IMG/VR virus record: IMGVR_UViG_3300035698_018653
Span: 1-64,000 of that record
Reading direction: 5' to 3' (one strand)
Source: a virus
Length of the DNA stretch: 64,000 bases
Position numbers and translations under genes: made by a program. A model generated the notes under the pieces. The model ran no database searches. It saw nothing but the letters and a program-made list of their open reading frames with translations, and was not told where the DNA came from. This document shows positions 59,014-64,000 of this stretch, piece after piece. Each line of letters begins with the position of its first letter. Position 1 is the first letter of the stretch.

Positions 59014-59625
59014 ATGGTTCCAAAAATAAGTAAATGGAAAATAGCGTTTTATATTATTGGTAGTCTTATTGGAATAATAGGAGTTGTTTTTATTCTTGAA
59101 TTAGCAGGACTTGGCTTCATGAAATTCTTTGAACCAAAGAAAGAAAACATTAGGAGGGAAATATTTGAGAATACAAAGTCATACAGTCATGGCAAGATGC
59201 AGGATTTAGCAAAACAGGCACTAAGTGAAGCACAGAGACAAATTGGAATGCCCAATATAGTTAATTTTCAACAAAGAAAATTACTAAAGGGAATTCTTGA
59301 GCTTTGCGACAAAGAGAAACTTATTTGTTTTGCTTATTTGAAAAGTGATTATACCGGTAAATTAATCTTTATTGGAAAATGTATTGGTTACGGAATTCCT
59401 TTTAGTGCTCAGTTTACAAATCCAGATAAAGTTAAAACTGTAGACGGCGGACAATACAGGGCGAGAAACCCATATACGCTTCCGCAAGCAGATCCTAATG
59501 GATTATTTATGCCCACTTCCAGTAGTGCTACCTGGCTTATTATGATTGACCCCAAAACAAGTAAGCCACGAGCAGTATATATTGAACCCGAAATTGTAGT
59601 GTCACCTTTCCCTCTTCATAAATAA
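59014..59625 (+). CDS. Membrane-anchored phage protein
   Basis: N-terminal TM helix; CIGYGIPFSAQFTNP, QADPNGLF and YIEP.IVVSPFPL. Confidence 0.65.
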   Translation: MVPKISKWKIAFYIIGSLIGIIGVVFILELAGLGFMKFFEPKKENIRREIFENTKSYSHGKMQDLAKQALSEAQRQIGMPNIVNFQQRKLLKGILELCDKEKLICFAYLKSDYTGKLIFIGKCIGYGIPFSAQFTNPDKVKTVDGGQYRARNPYTLPQADPNGLFMPTSSSATWLIMIDPKTSKPRAVYIEPEIVVSPFPLHK

Positions 59626-59634
59626 GGAATAAAT

Positions 59635-59883
59635 ATGAAGTGTCCGCTTTGTACAAAAGAAAAGGATTATGAAGAGGAATCTCTTTGTTGTGACGATTGC
59701 AGCACTAAGATAATAAAAGCAGCCAAAGATGTATCGCCATCTACCGATACAGATGAAGTCAGCCCATTGATAAATGATTTAAGGGAACTTTATAATCAAA
59801 TAAAGAATAGCGGAGAGTCAGTAGATGATCAGATGATAGAATTGCTTAAATTACGTGTTGAGATGATTACTTTAATTTGGTAA
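59635..59883 (+). CDS. Hypothetical zinc-finger protein
   Basis: CPLC...CDDC. Confidence 0.55.
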   Translation: MKCPLCTKEKDYEEESLCCDDCSTKIIKAAKDVSPSTDTDEVSPLINDLRELYNQIKNSGESVDDQMIELLKLRVEMITLIW

Positions 59884-60149
59884 GGAGAAATATAATGCCA
59901 AAGAAAATAGTAAAAGACAAAGAAAAGAAAGCGATTTCAAAAGAGCAGAAGGAAATCAATAATCTCAAGGTAGAACTTCAGGAAGCAAACGACAAGATAG
60001 AAGATCTATATAAAAGGTATAAAAAGTTTGACGTTATTGAAGAGCGCCTTTATAAAAACGACAAACTTGACAATAAGATGATGGAAGCCATTAATGAATT
60101 CTGCCATCACTTAGGCAAGTATGAGTTTGCAGTAAAGAGGGAGAAATAA
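59877..60149 (+). CDS. Hypothetical coiled-coil protein
   Basis: AAGGAG RBS before the internal ATG near 59895. Confidence 0.55.
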   Translation: MVRRNIMPKKIVKDKEKKAISKEQKEINNLKVELQEANDKIEDLYKRYKKFDVIEERLYKNDKLDNKMMEAINEFCHHLGKYEFAVKREK

Positions 60150-60152
60150 GTT

Positions 60153-60737
60153 ATGGAAATAAGGTATTATAATTCAAATGGAGCTATTGAAAAGACTGAA
60201 ATTACTTCCAAGCGTGAGGCAGCAGCGTTCCTTTCCATCCTTTCATTAGAGGTTAAGGAACTTTCTTCTCAGGTAGATTTAGAAGAGGTATTTCAAAAGA
60301 TCATGGAAGCTGTTGGCAAGAATAGTTTAATGCTTAATCAGAATGTTGAAATACTTAGTATATTGACCGACTATGTTAATGGTGACGCCGAAGTCCTCTC
60401 ACTCCTTGAGGAGATAGACAAGAAAATAGATTTGCCTCAAGAGAAAGTAAAAAAGGAAAAAGCTGCCGATGATGATTTTCTTGACGAGGACGAAGATGAA
60501 GATCCACCACCTAAAAAGCAAGCCAAGAAAAAGGCAAAAGAGGAAGATGATGATTTCGAGGAAGAAGAGGAAACGGGTGGTGCTGCAGATGCCGATGACG
60601 ACGTAACGAATCAGGCTAATGCTGTTGATGTCGCAGAAGATAGGAGAGCTAATTTACATAGGAAAAAGACAGAAGCGGCAACTCATCGTTTTGAAACAGA
60701 ACTTAAGAATAAAAAAAAGAAAGGTAAGAAAAAATGA
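60153..60737 (+). CDS. Hypothetical protein with an acidic/basic low-complexity tail
   Basis: 194-aa ORF with GGAG RBS. Confidence 0.65.
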   Translation: MEIRYYNSNGAIEKTEITSKREAAAFLSILSLEVKELSSQVDLEEVFQKIMEAVGKNSLMLNQNVEILSILTDYVNGDAEVLSLLEEIDKKIDLPQEKVKKEKAADDDFLDEDEDEDPPPKKQAKKKAKEEDDDFEEEEETGGAADADDDVTNQANAVDVAEDRRANLHRKKTEAATHRFETELKNKKKKGKKK

Positions 60738-61045
60738 TTACTGTAATTGAAGTAAAAGGGATAGATGAAGGTTGTGTTAGTTTTCAAGTAGTAGGTATAA
60801 TTACAATGGGAAAATTGAAGGGGGTAGCATATAGTTCAAATTCAACGGGAAATGAAGAAGGGAAAAGAAGTAAATATAAAAATATAGAAAACGGCAGAGG
60901 ATTTATACTTTCATATCCAATTCAAATAGCTTCTTTATTTAAAATAAAAGATAGACTGTATACAGAAAAGACAGAGCAAGAAATTGTGGATGCCATAAAC
61001 AATAAAGAAGTTCCTTTTGAATTGAAATTGGAGATAAGAGAATAA
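60734..61045 (+). CDS. Hypothetical protein
   Basis: Coupled ORF. Confidence 0.55.
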   Translation: MITVIEVKGIDEGCVSFQVVGIITMGKLKGVAYSSNSTGNEEGKRSKYKNIENGRGFILSYPIQIASLFKIKDRLYTEKTEQEIVDAINNKEVPFELKLEIRE

Positions 61046-61788
61046 TGCCTAAATCAAAAGCAGCAAGGATATTTGATGAGTATAAGGAACTTGAAAGATT
61101 TCTTAAATTAGAAGAGGTTCCGCTTAAGCTTGTCAATATTGAAATGACAATTACCGAAAGAATAAAGTGGGTGATAGGTAGAAAAAGAGGTGTTGAATTT
61201 ACTATTGGTGAGTTAATGAAAGAGAGAGTTGAAGATTATGAATTAAGAAATAAGAAAATGAAGGAAGGTGTAAGTTCGACTACCGGTGGAGAGGAAGTAA
61301 AACAAGTTGGGGTAAAGGAAGAAAAGAAAGAGCTTACAGAAGAAGAAATAGAAAAACTCCCCATAATACAAAGACCAGATAAAAAACCAGAAGAGAAAGT
61401 TGAATTTCTTTTTAAAGAAATAATGAATAACTTAGAATTTCCACAACAACGTGGTTTTGATTATATTAATATTATTTTTGGTGTATTTATGGCAGATGAT
61501 GGAAATTTATTTCTAGTTATGGCCAAAGAAAATTATTATAAACATGGTGTAAAGGAAGTAAGTTTTAATATTGGAAGTTTTCTTACGTTTTGGAAGTTAG
61601 ATAAAATTGCAGAAATGTTTCGACATACCGTTATTAAAAAGGATGATTTTTCTTCCCTTGAAGGAATGTGGTTTGACAAAGAGGGTGGTGATATAAAAAT
61701 GATAATATCGTGTTTTACAAATCCTGATCAAAATGATCCACAGGACTTAGGTGAAGAAGATGATTATGGGACTACAAAATTTATTTAA
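61045..61788 (+). CDS. Hypothetical protein
   Basis: 247-aa coupled ORF. Confidence 0.65.
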   Translation: MPKSKAARIFDEYKELERFLKLEEVPLKLVNIEMTITERIKWVIGRKRGVEFTIGELMKERVEDYELRNKKMKEGVSSTTGGEEVKQVGVKEEKKELTEEEIEKLPIIQRPDKKPEEKVEFLFKEIMNNLEFPQQRGFDYINIIFGVFMADDGNLFLVMAKENYYKHGVKEVSFNIGSFLTFWKLDKIAEMFRHTVIKKDDFSSLEGMWFDKEGGDIKMIISCFTNPDQNDPQDLGEEDDYGTTKFI

Positions 61789-61797
61789 AATATATAA

Positions 61798-61826
61798 TTC
61801 AATTGTAAAATAACAGCGTATATTAT
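61798..61826 (+). promoter_or_regulatory. Putative promoter TTCAAT-17-TATTAT
   Basis: Same architecture as 32334 and 48709. Confidence 0.6.
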
Positions 61827-61886
61827 TAATAACGGGCTACCTCAGAGAGGTTGGCTGAAGTACAGTAAAGAAGTACAGAAGTAAGT

Positions 61887-61899
61887 TGTTCTTTGAAAA
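61887..61899 (+). promoter_or_regulatory. rrn-type boxA antitermination element (TGTTCTTTGAAAA)
   Basis: Matches the GYTCTTTGAAAA form of rRNA-leader boxA and is preceded by a small hairpin (61835-61856). Confidence 0.6.
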
Positions 61900-61959
61900 G
61901 CGGGGAGAAACAAAATAGTATTTAATTTAGCTATTTTGATTGCCTATTTCTCCCCGCTT
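61898..61959 (+). other. Strong RNA hairpin
   Basis: AAGCGGGGAGAAA/TTTCTCCCCGCTT (13 bp, perfect) plus an inner CAAAATAG/CTATTTTG stem. Confidence 0.75.
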
Positions 61960-62110
61960 CTTAATCTTTAAAAAAGGGACTGAATTTGATAATGACTATG
62001 AAGCGAAATAAGGAGTTTTCCTTACAATGAGCAATAAACTACTAGAAAGTACATATAATCGCTTAAACCGTCCTGTTTGGCGCTCAAAACAGCTATAATA
62101 AGGAGTTGAT

Positions 62111-62356
62111 ATGTCTAAAGTGAAGGTATTTGTTACCTGTACTGTTCCGAAGTTAGGGGATATGGAAGTAAGTGAACGAATTTTAGTTAATAAAAAGGAT
62201 GTTGAATTTTTTACTTTACAAAAGATATTAAGGGAAAAATACAAAGACAAAAGAACGGTAATTGGAATTGGAGTATATAATAAAGCAGGCGATAAACAAG
62301 TGCCGCTTGAAGAAGTGAAGAAAATACAAAAGAAAAAGAAAGCATTAATATTATAA
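62111..62356 (+). CDS. Hypothetical protein
   Basis: AAGGAG RBS. Confidence 0.7.
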   Translation: MSKVKVFVTCTVPKLGDMEVSERILVNKKDVEFFTLQKILREKYKDKRTVIGIGVYNKAGDKQVPLEEVKKIQKKKKALIL

Positions 62357-62415
62357 ACAATTGAAACTATACAAAATCAGGAAAGTAGCATTTAAACTAA
62401 ATAAGGGAGGTTGTA

Positions 62416-62532
62416 ATGGCTAATAAAAAAGAAGCATCAATAAAGAGAGAAAAAATAACCTTAAGAGTATGTACTTTAGATTTAAACGATGATGAGTTTT
62501 GGGGCCAACTTGTGAGCGTAGGGGCAAAATAG
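62416..62532 (+). CDS. Small ORF (38 aa) ending in TAG, with the frame open for 31 more codons
   Basis: GGGAGG RBS; MANKKEASIKREK...SVGAK*TLYLTIR... Confidence 0.4.
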   Translation: MANKKEASIKREKITLRVCTLDLNDDEFWGQLVSVGAK

Positions 62533-62695
62533 ACTTTATATTTGACAATAAGAACCTCCAGCCACAATGGGGTGCATGTAATTCACCGGATACGTGTAAA
62601 TATAGTGCATATAAAAAAGGAGTGTTAGTGTTACGGGTAGGGGAAGTATAAGTAAATTTACAATTATAATTGAGAAAAATGTTCTTAAAGATATA

Positions 62696-62708
62696 AGCTC
62701 TTTGAAAA
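62696..62708 (+). promoter_or_regulatory. Second boxA-like element (AGCTCTTTGAAAA)
   Basis: Directly abuts the 5' end of the structured RNA. Confidence 0.6.
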
Positions 62709-63035
62709 TTTATGTGGGAGGCGCCGTACTATAGGTGAAAGTGATGAATTTGTCTATAGCACAACGCCCCCGAACTTGTGATTCGGGGTAGCAACTAAAC
62801 CGTAACCTGTTCTGAATTTCTAAAAGTATAGTGGTAATCACCCACCAGGGGCTTTTAAAGCTATATGTTTTTTCAGCGACGTATTCCAACGTCATTATAC
62901 ATATGGCCAGTTCAGTCATTGGCTACGATAAAGTAAGCGCCATTCAGTCAAGAGGTTTGTCAATAAATACTGCATGATTGGCCTCCTTTGCATTATTAGT
63001 ACGGTGACGGAAAGCGTCTGCGCCTCCCACATAAA
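62709..63035 (+). ncRNA. Unassigned ~330-nt structured non-coding RNA
   Basis: A perfect 16-bp closing helix (62709-62724/63020-63035) encloses at least 6 internal stems, several with G-U pairs on the + strand. The segment is locally GC-richer than its flanks. Confidence 0.75.
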
Positions 63036-63064
63036 AATTTTATAAAAAAACAGGAGAAATTAAC

Positions 63065-63379
63065 ATGAAATTATCTAGAGAAGAAAATTATAAGAGATAT
63101 AAAAAGGTAACAATGTTAGCGAGAATAATTAGGTCTGGTAGAAAATTGAGTAAAGATAATTTAAAGTTTTACGACAAAGAAGTAGAAAGAATAAGAAAAC
63201 ATAGGGAAGAATCAGATAAGATTAAGTGGGAAAATTACGATAAAGACATAAAAGGGCTTTCAAAAAAGTTTAAAAGATTAGATAGGGCAATATCAAAAAA
63301 TGACGCATTAGAGTCTATAAAAATAATACGAGATATACTAGTGATCGATGTAGATTTTGGAGGTTTTTGTGAAAGATGA
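63065..63379 (+). CDS. Hypothetical protein
   Basis: AGGAG RBS. Confidence 0.65.
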   Translation: MKLSREENYKRYKKVTMLARIIRSGRKLSKDNLKFYDKEVERIRKHREESDKIKWENYDKDIKGLSKKFKRLDRAISKNDALESIKIIRDILVIDVDFGGFCER

Positions 63380-63434
63380 ACAGTTAGATAAAGCGATTAA
63401 TTAATATTATAAATAATACAAAGGAGCGTATTAA

Positions 63435-63623
63435 ATGAATCAAAACGACCTGATCAACATGAACAAAGAAATAATTTCTGTAATGAAGGATATGTTAACC
63501 TTTATAAATCATAGATCAAATTGCCAGATGGTTATGTATGCTGCATTCGAAGGTCAGAAGTGCGATTGTGGATATGACAATCTCATTAATCAATTAAAGA
63601 AATTGAAAAAGGAAGCCGAGTAA
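63435..63623 (+). CDS. Hypothetical protein
   Basis: AAGGAG RBS; H..NC...CDCG. Confidence 0.55.
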   Translation: MNQNDLINMNKEIISVMKDMLTFINHRSNCQMVMYAAFEGQKCDCGYDNLINQLKKLKKEAE

Positions 63624-64000
63624 TGAGCAGAACAAAATTTATTAAGATAGACTATACTTGCGATGTAGATGCACTAGGGCATAAAGAGTGTGATGAGAAA
63701 TTAGAAACCGCTTGTAATACCTCATCGAAGTGTGACAAGGAAGCGAAAGAGAAAGGGTGGTATCTGGGATATAAGTATACTGGGGGCGAAAGAGTGCCGG
63801 TGACGTTATGCCCTAAACATGCAAATTTAATTCATGTGCCCAAAAGAGTAAATAGAGAGGGAAATATATATCTTTATGAAGAGGGAGATTATCTTGCCAA
63901 GGTAAAGGTAATTGATGATCTAAGCAATAGAACATCTGACAATAACTTTTCTTTCTGTTTAAAGATTCTTGTTATCATAAGGCAAGTAAAAGATATGAGT
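63623..64000 (+). CDS. Hypothetical Cys-containing protein, truncated by the window end
   Basis: TAATG coupling; MSRTKFIKIDYTCD...EAKEKGW...LCPKH, open to the edge. Confidence 0.55.
   Translation, partial: MSRTKFIKIDYTCDVDALGHKECDEKLETACNTSSKCDKEAKEKGWYLGYKYTGGERVPVTLCPKHANLIHVPKRVNREGNIYLYEEGDYLAKVKVIDDLSNRTSDNNFSFCLKILVIIRQVKDMS

Noticed and set aside
62611-62651. A_AAA_AAG slippery site that could extend the 62416 ORF by a -1 frameshift
   Set aside because: It would also require read-through of TAG 62530, and A runs are common here, so it is too speculative.
61788-63065. CRISPR array or tmRNA/RNase P/SRP in the non-coding region
   Set aside because: There are no regularly spaced repeats, no tRNA-like T-arm/CCA end and no RNase P GAGGAAAGUCC motif. 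GGGACTGA at 61976 resembles a tmRNA 5' end only superficially.
1-64000. Genome-wide TAG-to-Gln recoding (genetic code 15)
   Set aside because: Long genes are intact under code 11, TAG ends several normal genes, and read-through at 55289 would run into a tRNA.

Overview
This is an AT-rich, densely coding segment with every credible gene on the + strand, most likely from a large (jumbo-type) dsDNA bacteriophage. No host housekeeping context is visible. Modules, in order: (1) 1-9.7 kb, replication/recombination: C-terminal DnaE, gp32-like SSB, family-4 UDG, RecA, SbcD/SbcC and a RuvC-like resolvase; (2) 10-12.3 kb, a putative terminase small subunit and lysis genes; (3) 12.3-48.7 kb, a very large glycan-modification set (about 10 glycosyltransferase-like ORFs, about 8 SAM methyltransferases, 2 sulfotransferases, deacetylases, an amidotransferase, a formyltransferase, 2 NDP-sugar SDR enzymes and a PQ-loop protein), interrupted by two HNH endonucleases and small accessory genes; (4) 48.8-54.7 kb, an operon of PncA, vWA, PP2C, Ser/Thr kinase, NadE and a PncB-like enzyme, i.e. 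a deamidating NAD+ salvage route wrapped around a TerY-P triad; (5) 55-58.3 kb, a radical SAM protein, RtcB and four tRNAs; (6) 61.8-63.0 kb, a non-coding region with a promoter, two rrn-type boxA elements and a ~330-nt highly structured RNA that I cannot assign to a known family. All protein calls come from motif recognition by eye; no searches were run.
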